Part shown: piece by piece, positions 1 through 14,699 of the stretch
How the letters are laid out: every line of letters begins with the position of its first letter
Numbering within the stretch: position 1 is the stretch's first letter
Assembly: GCF_009914755.1 (NCBI RefSeq)
Contig: NC_060926.1
Length of the DNA stretch: 64,000 nucleotides
DNA from: the human T2T-CHM13v2.0 reference genome, Homo sapiens
Reading direction: 5' to 3' (one strand)
Notes under the pieces: generated by a model
The model's input: only the letters and a program-made list of their open reading frames with translations
Databases searched by the model: none
Told to the model about the DNA's origin: nothing
Translations under genes and position numbers: made by a program

Positions 1-5
1 TATCA

Positions 6-318
6 TTTACTTATATTTATTTTATTTTATTTTTGAGATGGAGTATCACTCCCATTGCACAGCTGGAGTGCAGTGGCACAATCTCCGCTCACCGCAACCT
101 CCACCTCCTGGGTTCAAGCGATTCTCCTTCCTCAACCTCCCCAATAGCTGGGATTACAGGCTTGTGCCACCACGCCCAGCTAATTTTTTTGTATTTTTAG
201 TAGAGACAGGGTTTCACCATGTTGGCCAGGCTGGTCTCAAACTCCTGACCTCAGGTGATCCACCCACCTCAGCTTCTCAAAGTGCTAGGATTACAGCTGT
301 GAGCCACTGCGTCCGACC
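6..318 (-). mobile_element. Alu SINE (AluS-type)
   Basis: Reverse-complement Alu: T-rich tail, GAGATGGAGT..., central TAATTTTTTTTGTATTTTTAGTAGAGAC linker, ends GTGAGCCACTGCGTCCGACC; ORF 38..430 is the typical antisense-Alu peptide. Confidence 0.95.
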
Positions 319-769
319 AGCAAAAAGTTATTCTTACTCTGTTTTTCAATGCTACTCTATACCAAGCTGTAATGGGTATACATACATAGATTATAAAGCA
401 ATGAGACCCCTTGTTTATGTCCCACAGTGATGCCCAAGTTATCTGCGATATGCTATATTCATTGGTTAATGTGAGTACTTGGGGAGTTTCTAATATAACC
501 TTTAATGTGTGTGAACAAATTGCCAATAAATCCCAGAATAGACTTTAAGAAGTCAGCATGATTTTTCCCTGTTAGATATCATCTTTAAAAAGGGTAGGAG
601 AAAGTTGTCTGGAAAAAAAAAAAAAAAAAAACTTCAGCATGTAAATTAATTTTAAAATGGGCATGGTAGTTTTACATTTTGAAGATAAGAAGATTAACCA
701 GAAGGAACTGAGAGAGAAAATTATCAAACCTGAATGGGGAAAAATGCCTGAAAAAATATAGCTGTGAAG

Positions 770-1035
770 AGAGCTGAGTCATTTGTGATAGAATTTTAAG
801 GCCCTGCAAAAGCCCCGAACATGGTCACAAGTGGTTTACATAAATCCATGTGCCCTCTTCTTCGAGCCAATCAACTGCTCTCCAGCCCTGCGGCGAGTGG
901 CATCGCTAGGATGAGTCAATGACACTGTCACACAGTAGAAAACACAGCCTCCTTCCATCTCCATGATGTGCTTTCTCACAACTTCATTAAACTGAACCAG
1001 AAATCACATCAGACAACATGGAAGAGTCATGGGAT
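770..1035. promoter_or_regulatory. Candidate enhancer with AP-1/ARE and CCAAT motifs
   Basis: GCTGAGTCAT 773-782, AGCCAATCA 865-873, TGAGTCA 912-918 in unique sequence. Confidence 0.4.
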
Positions 1036-2497
1036 GACTTTTGACATGAGATTGAGAGACAGGTGGGTGAGACTTCAAGAAAAATGACACAAAGATAAGA
1101 CAGTTTCAGATTCAAGATGATCTTACACTTCTGAAAACCCAAACATCAACGTCTTAGGGCCAGAAAGTAAAACTTCTAATGAATAGGATGTGAAAGTCGC
1201 CAGGCAGACTCCTTGCATTTCACCATGACACTAAATGAAAGCACAGAAAGTCCAGCAGCTAAATGAATGTGTAAGATTTCTCAGACAAGATCTCTGGGGT
1301 CGCTCTAATTATAACACCCAAATGTTGTTAGCAACAATAGAAAGAGCAATTTAGATATGTGATTTGGTGATTGTTTAAAATACATTTGGGGCTCTTTTGA
1401 GAGTTCTGAAATTTCCATAGCAGCTGCGTACTTCAGACCTGGTGGCATTTGGGGAAACACTTGTCAAATCCATACTTGGAGCCCAGGCTGCCTGGTGAAA
1501 ACGGATTTTTTTCCCTATTGTTAAGTGAAAATTCCATGAGCAAAATATTCTTACATTGTGCCCAGTAGAAATGTACCTTTCCACTGAAAATATTACCCTA
1601 ATGAGCTTGCTTGTAATGTTCACACTGGAAATAACAGAAACATGCAGGCCCTCCCTGTCTTTTTCTCTTCTATGACCTTCTCCTCCACTTTACTGACAGA
1701 GTATGAGTAAGCTGGCAGAAAATCAACAGGGACAAAGGGAACTACTGGCCTCTTGGTTACAGAGGGCCCTTTCGATACCATCCTACATCTACAATACACC
1801 ACCAGTTTCCTCCTCCATGATGTGACGTTCTTTAAGGAATAGTTTAGAAGGGCCTGACTTAGAACTATGCCAACAGCTCTTGGCACCACTTATTTGCAGA
1901 CTCTGGCCCAACTGGCTGAAATCAGTCTTTGCTAATTTATCAGCCAGCACAGGTCTCAGCTGCAGTTTTCAGCTTTGATCAAAGCTGAAGCCCATATCAT
2001 CGTAACATCATGTGTGAGTCTGGGTCTGGATCAGCAGTGGCTGGGAAGACTAAGGAGAAGCACAGAAGGGACCCAGAGTATGGCTGGGCCACCTGCTCCC
2101 CTCATTAGGATGGGATGAAATAGTGCAGCTGATTGGCCCAGGGAGAAGGGGGTGTGGGCTGGAGATGGAACAGAGGAGGGTTAGAGAGGGGCTCCCAGGA
2201 GGCTGGAATTCTATCTCACCGGCTGCCATCTATTAACCTTGACTAAAGACCTGGCACTGGCCTTGGCACTTACAGATGGTTAGGAACCCAGCCCTCGAGG
2301 ACTCAGAGACCAGAGACCGCTAGTTCTAATATAGGTCAGACCTGTAAATGCATGAATGGGGAAGAAATAATCAACAATGGGACTACAGAGAAACAAAGAA
2401 ATATCAGAAGGACAGACTACAAGGATAGTTTAGCCGCAAATTCACCCAAAAACAGGGAAAATTAGAGGAGGAAAAAAGGTTCCAGGACCTTTTTTCC

Positions 2498-2790
2498 CTT
2501 CATTCGAATCCACTTATTAAGCACCTACTAATGCAACCATTTATTAAGCACCTTCTACATGCAAGACACACAAATATTAATAGATAGAGTTCCAGCCCTC
2601 CGGGACTTCAAGACACAAACACAAACAACTGTGGAAAAGATTGCATGGTAATAAGATATTTCCCTGTGCAAAGTACTGTGAGTGAGAGACCCTGTCTGGG
2701 GGAGGATCTGGAGAGCTTCCAGGAGAAGTTGCCATTCACAATGAGCCTTCCAAGGTGAGTAGGGCTTCAACTTGCCAAGATGGGAGGTTA
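2498..2790 (-). mobile_element. L2 LINE 3' fragment
   Basis: CATTC..TTATTAAGCACCTACTA and downstream L2-like CCCTC..GCTT and GAGAGCTTCCAGGAGAAG segments; highly diverged. Confidence 0.55.
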
Positions 2791-3479
2791 GCTTTGGCTC
2801 AACTCTTGTAAGCCTGAAGTTAACAATGCCAGGTGCAGAGCTTTCTTCCCTTTCCTGGAGGTTTGAAGGGGGAGGCTCACAGCCTGCAGGCAGCATGGCC
2901 TGCATTCTCTTACGAGATGTATCTCTTTGAGATACGGCTCCTTGCCCTGCAGAAAAGTGCAGCAGTTAACTGGAGCAGCAAGGAGACCCGGAATTCTGGG
3001 AGACCACCGGGCAAAACAGAGGCTGACCCAACCCAGTGGCTCCCGTACCACAACTGCCCCATGGATTTCAGTTCAATTACAGGCTTCTCAACCTCCCTCT
3101 CTCAGTCCTCCTGTAAATGGCCCACACTGTGTCCCACCCACCGCTCTTCTTAACAGGCTGTGCAACCTCAGGCAGCTGCTTGAACTGCTCTGTCTCAAAT
3201 TCATCCTCTGTAAAATGGAGACCATTAAAACCAGAATCTCATAGGGTCCCACTGAAGAGTCAATGGAGTAGTGCTTAGTACAGGATTTAGCCCAGAGCGA
3301 GCTCTCAGGAACTTTTGTTATATTTAATGATCATTTTGTACCTACGTGATCTCCACCACACCCACGACTTCGCCATACCCCCACATCCGCATCTGCAGCT
3401 CTCTTCTCTTCCCCATGGCCTGCCCTAGAAGTCTGACAGCCTTATGGGCATCACCCCAAAATTACAACGAACACCTCTA

Positions 3480-3965
3480 ACTTTTCAGACTCCTCAAATT
3501 AATCGTCTTTCCTCAACTGTGCCTCCTTCTTCCTTGATCTCGGGGATGACATCAGCACGCAATGCTTCCCCAAAAAAGAACTCAGACACCAGCAAAGACT
3601 CGCCCTCTCATTTCATCCAATAAATAGATCTGATTTACTAGAACCTCTTGGCTGGATAATCTCCTTCCCCTTCCCAATACCATCTGGGGACTCGTTCTCA
3701 CCTGCCCAGCCCCAGTGCCCCCAGGCTGGGGTCCCCAGAATGTCTCGCACACGATGGCCGACACACACGTCTGATCATGTCCATGTCCTGGTGAGAGCCA
3801 CCCTGGCCCTCCATGGCTTTCCAGATAAGGCCTGTGCTGCGGTCGGCACCTGAGGCCCTCCCGGTCTCTCCTGCTTTTCTAGCCAGGCCTCCATAAATGT
3901 CGGCCTCACATTTAGTAAAGCATGATGGGTTCTCCATGAATAACTAGAATGGATGAATGAATGAA
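3480..3965 (+). mobile_element. L2 LINE fragment
   Basis: CT-rich L2-like body ending in GAATGGATGAATGAATGAA, the characteristic L2 3' tail. Confidence 0.5.
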
Positions 3966-4970
3966 CCTGCCACTTGGTGCCCTGAAAGAACCATTCCTCT
4001 GGCCATTCTGAACTATTAATATTTCCAATTCCCTCAACGTGGCACCCTTGAAGACAGGCCTGTGCCTGCTGCATACCCAGGCTAGCTGGCTCCCTGCTGG
4101 ATTGTCTGCTTCCCAGGCCCTTCCCAGGTGGAGATGGTGGCCCTCGGTGCCTTCACGGTGCTTCAGATCTGTCTCCCCACTTGGGAAGTTATTCCCTCGG
4201 CATCAGCTTATTGCTGGTCTTCCCACTAATCTCAGAGTTTCCTAAAGTCAGGAATGACGTCATATTTGTCTAGGAGTCTCTGAGCACTGCCCGGTCTAAC
4301 ACCACGTTCTGTTAATGATTTATTAACCTGCGAAGGAATGGGCCACATGCCAATTGTGTCATACAAACAACACAAGCGAAGACATCAGTGTGGCATCTGT
4401 CTTTTTCCTTTTGGCTTTATTTCCATAGGGCTTTCCAGTACATGCCCCATTCTGTCTTATGAGAAGAGAATGGACCTTGAGGGCTTTTTTTCCCCTTCCT
4501 TTTTCTGCCAGACGCACTTCCTGCTGCATTGAGAGACTTTTGGAAGGTTCGCCTTTCCCTCAAATTTCTCATGATGTTGAAGAACTATAATCGCCACTGA
4601 ATGGTCCAGTTTAGCACAGAGAAAGCCAACCAACATTCACCAGCAGACTTTAAATGCTGACAGTTGAAACAGCCAAGAAAAGTTCATTAAGTGCTAAGCA
4701 AGAAAAAGAGCAAGAAAATGAGACAGAATCGCTCCCTGGGGCATTGCAAAAGCAGGCCTTTGTGAGGAAACATTCCTGAAGGAATCTGGGGAAATGACAT
4801 TGTAAAACTGCAACAGACGGCAGGATAGGACAACAGGCTCCCAAATAACTGCATGGCACCACACCAATGCTCCTTGTGGAGGGAGAGCACATCACAGAGC
4901 CCCTTGAGAGGCAGGCTGGAGAAGGCTGCCCCAGCACACCCGAACATCAAGGCGTTTTCAAACTTCTCAA

Positions 4971-5297
<327 letters not shown>

Positions 5298-5592
5298 TAA
5301 AGACCATTTGTACTCCCCTTGCCTCAGCACCAAAGGGAATGAGAATTCAGGGAAGCATGCCTCCCCCCTCTCAGTTTGCAGTTGAAAACTGGTCAAGAGG
5401 AACCAGGTACATTTGGGTTTTTTCTAAAGAAGCCAAGGATAAAAACCATGGCCACTATACCATGGACAGCTTTGAAATGAACAGAATTGTTTTCACACAC
5501 AGGACCAGCCAGAGGTAAATGTGCCTCTTCAAAAAATGTGGTGTCAATGCAATGTGCAGAAACTGTCAGGGGTGGGGGAAGGGGACTCTAAG

Positions 5593-5731
5593 TAGGATGG
5601 TCATATCCTGTATTGTCCACACAAGGTCATTTTTGAGAGCAGAAGGAGAAGTTACTACTTACAACACCTGGACAATTCGTTGCAAACCAGCGCTACCCAG
5701 GCAAATAAGTGAGTCTGGCCACCTCACCCTG
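5593..5731. mobile_element. MER94-like hAT-Blackjack MITE
   Basis: Degenerate termini TAGGATGGTCATAT ... TCACCCTG and an internal TTTTGAGAG..AAGG segment resembling MER94. Confidence 0.55.
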
Positions 5732-6530
5732 AGTAACGTACTCTGTGAACAAATTGCTGAGGTGAGGAGAAAGAATATCTGGGTTGTAGAGGCAAACACA
5801 TACTTTTAAAAAAATAAATAAAGAGGCTCTCTCTGGACTTAGTACTTTGACTTTTTCCTGATGCAGTTTCAGTCCAAATCACATAGGCATTTCTTATCAG
5901 CAAAAGCAGCCAATAAAATACAGAAGGACCGTGAGAGAGATGGGCCAGAGCTCTTGTGAAAGTCTTTCAACACACTGGCGGGCTTCTGCCAACAGGAAAA
6001 CATTTAGCAAGAGGTGTGCAAGCTATTTGTAGATACAACCCGATCATTCAAAGGTAACTATGATCTGGCACACAACAGCATGTACCCTTTAAAAATAAGC
6101 CCATAAAAGTGAAGCTTTGCTTCACATGTCTAAGTGTTTCTGCATTATATATATGATGAATATATATATATATATATTCCAATCAGGTGATTTTGAAAAA
6201 GTGAGAAACAGATATATTACCTGGGCACTGGAAATGCCCAGGTTCCTCAGACTTCAGAACTGGCTGAGCCCACAGCACTGCCCTTGCCGGCTACTTCAGG
6301 GACAGGTGATTTGAGGCAAGCCTTCTTCAAGTCTGCACCCCAAAAAAATCACCTGGAAAAATCTGAAGTCAGGATAACTACAGTTAAAAAAAAAAAAAAA
6401 AAAAGCCCAGCAGATAGTGCGAACAAACAGACAAACAACAAAAATCAAGAGTGTTGTCTTGCAGCAGGTTCTTCTGTTCAGTGGCCAAAATTTTACTCCT
6501 GGATCCTTCATTTTAAAAATTAATAAATAT

Positions 6531-6829
6531 GGCCAGGCGTGGTGGTTCATGTCTGTAATTCCAACACTTTGGAAAGCTGAGTGTGTGGATCTCTTGAGCT
6601 CAGGAGCTCAAGACCAGCCTGGGTGACATGGTGAAAGCCCATCTCTACAAAAAATTCGAAAGTAGCCAGGCATGGTGGCATGCACCTGCCTGGCTACCCA
6701 GCTACTCAGGAGGCTGAGGTGGGAGGATCAATTGAGCCCAGGAGGTCCAGGCTACATTAAGCCATGATCACATCACTGCACTCCAGCCTGGGTGACAGGG
6801 GGAGACCCTGCCTCAAAAAAATAAAAATA
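6531..6829 (+). mobile_element. Alu SINE (AluJ)
   Basis: GGCCAGGCGTGGTGG start, J-type GGGAGGATCAATTGAGCCCAGG and GAGACCCTG, A-rich tail. Confidence 0.95.
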
Positions 6830-7857
6830 GACCTAAGTCCTCTTGACTCATCCTCAAATGCAAACCTAAAGGAGAAAGGGGGCTTCCCGCCCACCTCAGA
6901 TCTCCACTTCTGTGCAGCCACCTCGCAGTGATGCTCCTGGTGCTGGAACATAATGAGGGGTCATGAGGAAGACATTGTCAAAATCCTCAGAGAGGGAAGA
7001 AGGAGTGGCTGCCTCCCAGCACAGAGGCCAAGTTGCAAGTTGACGCAGCCTAGCTGCGAGGCAGCCACACAGGCACACGGCACTGGGTGGGAACAGTTGG
7101 CCCTCTGGGCTCAGCACACCTACTGGTCTTGAGCAAGTCCTTCATCCTCTGGAGACAAGCTGTGACTTGGCTCATCTCAGATGGAGACGATGCACAAAGA
7201 GCAGGTTGCTGAGCACTCAGTGCCAGACAAGCCCACCAATTTTTAACATTGTGTTAAAAACTGTGTATTCTGTGTGTTCTGGGTGTGTGACCCACAAAGA
7301 AAATGGAAGCTCCTGGAATTCTGCTTTCTGTTGACTGTCCTCACAAAGTCTATTCACCCCGAAACACTGCCTGCACCACTTCCCTTTCCCCAAGCATAGT
7401 TCACGTTTTGGCAGACTAAACCTGTTCGTGTGAACTAAGGTAAAATTTCATTAACTTGGAATCGGCTGATTTGGAATCGTTCACACTAGGCTGAAGTTTA
7501 ACTTTACACCCAGCAATCCTTTTCTTCTTTCACACAGCAATTTAAGTGTATAAACAGTATGTGGAGGGGGAAGTATCAAAATGCATCAGAGAATACATTG
7601 TTTCAACACATCCAAAGCACTCACTCACAAATAATTGTTACAGGAAATAAGTCATCGTTAAATATTCGTAATTGTAGCTCCCTAAGGACTCCTAATAGGC
7701 GACATTTCTATCTTAGTTTTGTTACTGTAGCTCATTCAATTCCTCTACTATTCAGACTGGTGTTTCCCTAAATTCTCCCAAATGAGTGTCATCTTACTCC
7801 ATTTGAAATGAAAAGGGTCCTATGTCTAATAAACGTTAACTTTACAGTGCTTCATTT

Positions 7858-7901
7858 AGTACCCAATAAGAAGGTGGTAAGTACCCAATAAGAAGGTGGT
7901 A
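7858..7901. repeat. Perfect 22-bp tandem duplication
   Basis: AGTACCCAATAAGAAGGTGGTA x2. Confidence 0.95.
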
Positions 7902-8229
7902 TTGACTGTGCTGATTTTTATATTTGAAAGTGAAAATCCAAAAGTTTCCAGTTGCTCTGCTACCAAACACTTTCTTTGTGTCCCATACCATGCTCTGTGT
8001 CCTACAGGAGATACGAATCCAGCTAGTCAGGCAAGTCTAGCCGTTGCGAGAATAATCCGATCCCAAAGTCTAGAGTACTAAATCCAAGCAAAATAGAAAA
8101 TCTCTGAAGGCAAGTGACTGAGCAGAATTCATACCTGAGCCCAGAAGACTGTGTCAGTCCTCTTGAACTTTGCACATGCTATATTTCCTTGGGTTAAGAG
8201 AGTCCTTTCTCACCACCAGCTCCTGGGCT

Positions 8230-8520
8230 GTCTGCAAAAGTCAGCTCAACAATGCCTCCTGAAATGTCTCTGGGCCATGGTACTCTTGATCTAATAATAG
8301 CATCAATACGCCTGCCATTTGCCTCACACTGTACATGCCTCTGCCATTGCACATTACATTTCACATTCCCCTGCTCATCTCTAGTTTCTCCACAACTGGA
8401 CTGTGCACTTCTTGAAGGCGGAGACCATGCCAGTGCCTCTGGGAGTGACCACCATCTTCCAAGGAACCAGGAACTCATTGAGCTCTTGATAGAACTTTGT
8501 CAAATGAATGAATGGATGAA
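8230..8520 (+). mobile_element. L2 LINE 3' fragment
   Basis: CTGGACTGTGCACTTCTTGAAGGCGGAGACCATG ... TTGTCAAATGAATGAATGGATGAA, typical L2 3' end. Confidence 0.6.
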
Positions 8521-9774
8521 CTTATTCCTGTGTTCTCCCTCTCTGTAGAAATGTCCTGGCTTTAGACATTAAGAAGTAAGTCAGGGCTGTCACATGGTTG
8601 CCCAGTAGCCCTCCTGCATCAGAGGTTGTGCAGCCCTGCTGAGTGTGGTCATCATTTTTAAACATCACCATTGCCAGACAGTTACAAAGGTGCTACCATT
8701 CTTCCACAAGGGAAAGTCCCTCAGCAGAGTGGACAGTGAGCTCTCTGTCTCCATGACCCACACCTACCAGCCCTCAGCCACCTTCAGCTGGTCCCTTTGA
8801 ACTGCTAGCCCGTCTTCAAGCATCAGTCTGTAATCATCTCCATGGCAAACACATTGGTTACATGATAGTACCTGTTCATAAGAATAAGCTCATCTTCTGG
8901 AAAGAGAAAAGCCAGTCTCATAAATATCCTGAGCAGTTGAACAAAGTACTAGTGTTCTCGAGGTAGGCTTACTTCAAGAGCCTCTAAAATAACAGTGTGG
9001 ACTATGATTCAGCCCATGAATGCAAATAATGCATGAATGCCTAAGGAACAGATATTTTGCTGCCTTCTTTTCATGTATATTTTAGTGTTTTCACTTACTG
9101 GATCTACATAGTCTGCTGGACTTCATTTCTTTTTTACTTCAACTTTTCTATTGTTACCCTCCCTAATACATCTGTTGCCAAAGAACTTGTACTCCAACGC
9201 CAAAATCTTACTTAATAGAAAATTAATCAGTCTTTAACCTTTCCTAACTTCATGTGGGTGACCCATTTTGTTCCTGAGGTTTGAATTGCTCTTTAACCTG
9301 AATTCAAACTTTCAGTGTTCTAATTAAACTTGATTCTAACCTAAGCTTCAATTTAAAAAAAAAAATGCCCTCTAGAACCCCTCACCCTGCCAACATATGG
9401 TCAGATTTTATCACTGGATTTATGAGGCAGGGGACTGTACTGGGCTCTGCCTCTGATGTGTCAGGACCTCCTCCTGGCGCCACCACCAGGGAGAGGTGTC
9501 CTATCTGCACGTTCCTACCCCCACCCCACACTTCCCTTGAGCCCTGTGCAGGCAAGAGACCAGAAAGTCAGCCTAGCAAGACAGAGGCTCCAGTGGCACC
9601 CAGATCTCCATGATGCTCACTGCCTCTCCACAGCAGCTTTCTCAATCCATCGTCAACCACATCCTAGACTAACCAGAGAGCTGGGCCTGCTGCAAGCAGG
9701 GAAGCGGCGAAGACGAGGTGCCGATGTGGCACATGGGAAAAACCACTGTCTTCACATCATCAAAGCCAGCTCTG

Positions 9775-9962
9775 AATTCTGCCTTCCTGCTTAATGGTCA
9801 CATAAGCTTTGACAGGTGGGCCACCCTTCTGTGCCTCAGTTACTCAGATGTAAAGGGATAATAATAATAATATCAACCCCACGAGGTGGTTGCAAAGATT
9901 AATTGAGATTATATAATGAAGGCCCCAGAGCCTGGCACACTACAAACACTCAATAAATGTAG
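9775..9962 (+). mobile_element. MIR SINE
   Basis: CTGTGCCTCAGTTACTCAGATGTAAAGGGATAATAATA core and GCCTGGCACA..CTCAATAAATG 3' end. Confidence 0.8.
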
Positions 9963-10384
9963 ACTTTATCTGTCTGTCATCTATCTGTCTATTATCTCTT
10001 ATGTATCTATATCTAAATATGTCTTACCCCTCTAATCAATTATCCACTTCTTGGGAACAGATACCATTCTGATTTATCTTTTCACCCATCAGAGAAGGTA
10101 GTCACTAAGTGCTAATTGATTTAATGTTGTTAAATTCTCAAGCTAACCCAACTTGCTGTCATTTTCAAAACATTTTAATTATTATAAGATATTGCTAAAC
10201 AAACATATGGACTTCTCTTTTTCCTTTCCATACCAGGCTTCCTGGGATAATCTTTTAAACCTCTATACATCTTGCTTCTTATGAGAACATCTGCAAGCCA
10301 AAGCAGCCAGAAGCTTGGGAAATAGTCCAGCAGAGAGTTACCACCTCACATAGGTAATGTCACATGCATGGAAGCTGTCAACAT

Positions 10385-10562
10385 AGAGAGACAGAGACAG
10401 AGAGAAAGAGAGAGTTGGAGGAGACAGAAAAAGACAGACAGAGAAAGAAAGAGAAATAGGAAGACAGAGTCAGATTCAGACATGGAGAGAGACAGAGAGA
10501 GGCCAAGACACAGAGAGGGAAGGAGAGAGATGGAGAGAGAAGGAGAAAGAGACAGAGAGAGA
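10385..10562. repeat. GA-rich low-complexity tract
   Basis: Degenerate (GA)n/(GACA)n; source of the spurious ERERE/SLSL ORFs. Confidence 0.9.
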
Positions 10563-11061
10563 TCAACCAAAGTGAACTACTGAATTATAAACAGATGTGC
10601 GTCTTACTTTGGGAGTACTTCACACAACCCTTCACTACAGACTACACCGTATCTGGCAAGACCAATAAGTTGTTTATTGGGGCAAAATGGAGGCAGAGGG
10701 TGGTTATGCATCAGGTAAAAAATAAAATTTTCCCTAACATACAGAGACTGTTAAAGTCAAGTTTAATTTTTTGGTTTGAAATAACTGGGTAATGTTTCAA
10801 ACATCTACTTCATACCATATGTGAAAGATATACTCTAAAGGAATCTTGAGCATTAAAGGCATTTTCAGCAAAATGCTTATGAGTGTTGACTATGTGCCAG
10901 ATGCCGCAAAATGTACGGGTGGCAAAAAGATGTTCTTGTCTTAGCAGAGGGGAAGCAGCAGTGAAACAAGGGCATTGCAGTAAACAAAGCCCATCAGTGC
11001 TGTGATAGATGCCGTACAGTGTGTGTGTTAGGAGAGGGGGATAATTTAAACTTGCAAATGA

Positions 11062-11376
<315 letters not shown>

Positions 11377-11439
11377 AAGTGGGGTCCATTTTAAAAAGTA
11401 GATAAAGTAAAAATTCAAGTATATTCAAAACCATACTTA

Positions 11440-11739
<300 letters not shown>

Positions 11740-13792
11740 CTACACTTGGCATGGGGCCCAAGTGTTCCCATCTAAGACCAATTCATCAAAAACCCTGAGA
11801 AAAATGTTCCCAAATCATCCCTCTTCCACTGCTGTGATTGTCTGTTGGGGTGGCAGCCACAGAGGCAAAAGCCCAGCCCAGAAAGTGAAATGTCTGTCTC
11901 TCACCAGTTTGTTACAGGAGGATTGAATCTACCCTGGGACAGAAGAGACTCCTGCAGCAGGATAGTTCCCAAACCAGAGGCCAGTCCCTCCAGCACCACC
12001 AACAAGGAACACAGCTCCTCCTCTCTTAGACTCCAGCACTCTGTCTCGCTTCGGCTCACCAATATGTTTTTCCAGTCAATCAGCAAACATTATTGAGTGG
12101 CCATCATAGGCACCCCAGGTTTCCCCTGGAAACACCAAAGTGAAAAGACCTCTCTACCCAGGATGCAAGCACTGATCCTTGATGTAGCGTTTCAGTAACA
12201 CATGACTCACGGTAGGCAAACTACAGGGATACAAATGAAACTGGGAAATCCATGCATGAGATTCTTCTTGCTTGGCCTCTTCTCCCAGATCAGTGAGCGT
12301 TCCCCTTGGAGCTCTCTGGAGGGCAGAGCAGAGCTCATCTTGTGCCTGAGTTATTGGGGCTGCTGCCTCCACTCAAGAGGCTCCTATTTCTCCATCACCC
12401 AATCCAAGAATCCATCAAGTCTGACCCTAGAAGGCGCAGCAGAGTGACTTCCAAGACCTCCTGCCCTGCTGAGCCTCACTCCAGCCCTTGATGGCTGGAG
12501 CACCCGCTGACCTCTGTGTTTGTGCTGCCTGCTTCCCATACCCTCAGCCACCCAGGTCACTCACAGGAGTGGCCAGCTCTGTCTCGGAGCCAAGTGTCTT
12601 CTTTCTACCCCATCATTGTTTGGCCTCCCATCAATCAATTTCTGGCTCATTATAAAATTAGCATACCCACAGTTGCCACAACCTACAGATGACTGTTTTT
12701 GTCTGAAGCTTTTTAAAAAGCAGATTCTTCAGAAGCTATTCTAGATAAACATATGCCACCCTTATATATAACCAGGATTTTGGAAGAGGGCTATGCATTT
12801 TACCTTCTGATGAGAAATGTCATTCTTCCACCAATCACCAGTGCCCGTCAGCCTCCCCATCCCAAACCAAGTCTATTCTGGTCCCTGAAATTCTATTCAC
12901 TCCTTGGAGTTAAAACTTACAGGATCTTTGGGAAGCTGAATATATACCAGCTATAATTCTTGCTGCTGTGGGCTTTAGCGATCAGGTCAGTTGTCCATGA
13001 CTGTTGATGAGAAGGACCCTGCTAGAAGGAGGAAGAGAGGGTCCAGAGGGACCCCAGGACCAGGCAGTGCCAGGGAGCCGAAGAGGGAGGGGTACGGAAG
13101 GAGCAGTCTTAGGACTCAGCCTCACACCTGCATAGCAGCACCTTGGCCCCGTGGGAAAGCAGAGAAAATGTGAACATTCTCCACTGTGCCTAATTCATTT
13201 GGAAGGCACCTGCCTTGAAAATCACAGCTCGTGAACTTCTGTCATATCTGCAATGCCCTTTCCCTCAATTTTACACAAGTTATCGCATGTCATTATGTCA
13301 TTGCGTCACACACCTTAAAGGGATGGGGTAAATTTTTTTTTAAATTCTTAGAAAAATGGCCATATTTTAGCATCTTGATGATGGTGTGGAGGAAGCCCAC
13401 CTTGCTTTCCTTTTCAGGTGTTTATCTGCAGAAACCATCCCCGTTCTCAGTCAAGAGCTTCATAATGCATTTCCAGAAGCAGGAGGCCCCATGGGAGCCC
13501 AGGCAAAACTTGCAATCCCGATTGAGACGTCTGGGCAGGTCTGGCTGAACCGTGGAGTGGACTCTCTAGAACTCCATTTGCACCAGAAACAGAAAGCCTC
13601 CTGGGAGACTCCTCCTAAGGTTCTGGAAGGCCAGGAACACAAGGTTCTTCAAGTCACAGTGCAGTGGGTTCACAAGGGAATGAGCATCCCCAGTACAGAG
13701 TGGCCTCGGCATATCTTCACCCTCCGCAGTTTCCTGAGGGTCCCCGGGATCACAGGAGGGGGTGGTGCACCCACGAGGAAGGCTTGGGGCTG

Positions 13793-14140
13793 AAAGTGAC
13801 AGAACAACCTAACCACAGTGGCTTAAACAAATAAGGGACTTATTTTTCGGCTTAGTGGCCAAAGCTGAGGTCTCTGAGACCATCTTGGCCCCTCCTTCAA
13901 GGTCTCCAGTAGTGGGAACTGCGCCACCTATCACATCTGCCTCTCTTTCATAAGAAGAGAGGAAACAAACCCTGGAGCAGAAGTTTTCAGGAACTCTAAG
14001 CAAACTGTGCTTTCTTATATCTCTTTAGCCAGCTGTACCCACATGGCCACCCCCAGCTGGGAGGCAGCCAAGGCAAAGGGGATTGGAAATGGAGGTCGGA
14101 ACAGTCAGCCTGCCCCAAGGGGAACACAGCAAGAAGGGAT
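13793..14140 (-). mobile_element. Old MaLR LTR (MLT1J/K/L-like)
   Basis: AAGTGACAGAA..CAGTGGCTTAAACAAATAAGG and CACATGGCCACCCCCAGCTG motifs typical of antisense MLT1. Confidence 0.55.
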
Positions 14141-14699
14141 GAGCTTGGAGTCAGCAGCACTGCTTTCGTGCCCAGTCCCAAACTGAGAAAGCAGTGCCCA
14201 CCATCTGCAAAAAGTACAGCGTAGCTTGGACACATGGTGGACGGCTTCACATTGGTGCTGCCTCATGGCTGTGACCCTCCCTGTGCAGCAGTGGGAGGTG
14301 GTCCTGGGGCTTTGGGACAGCCCCACAGAGATGTAGGTGAAGCCCTGAAAGCACCTTTGTGGTGTACATGGGTCTCCCGAAGGAGCTTGAGTAGGAAGGG
14401 GGGGGCAAAGAGGATGCCACGTAGGAAGAGAAGAGGAACTGCCACCGTCCATATGGGAGCCCCTGGGTCCTTCCAGGAATAACTGAGTGAGATTTCTCCT
14501 GGGCTTGAGTTCCCACGGTAGCAAGAGATCATGTTGGTATCCTTGGCTTCTCAGCTTGGGGAAACAGTGACCTTCAGCAACTGGAATCCACTAATCATGT
14601 GACCGAACAAATGAAAGACCAAAGGACCATTGGTTAGGGCACTAACTTGAGAATTTATTTCTGAAAAACAAAGTTTTCTTTTCAGATGAAATGGGATAT

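Noticed and set aside
7515-7562. Possible 19-nt microexon (acceptor 7537, donor GTATGT 7557)
   Set aside because: Not frame-preserving and no supporting context
13401-13545. Strong plus-strand acceptor CTTGCTTTCCTTTTCAG|G at 13417
   Set aside because: No convincing downstream donor or recognisable coding frame; a single site is expected by chance
14105-14524. ORF containing FQGFTY, resembling an AGC-kinase hydrophobic motif
   Set aside because: Isolated 6-residue match with no kinase-like context; not supportable as a pseudogene
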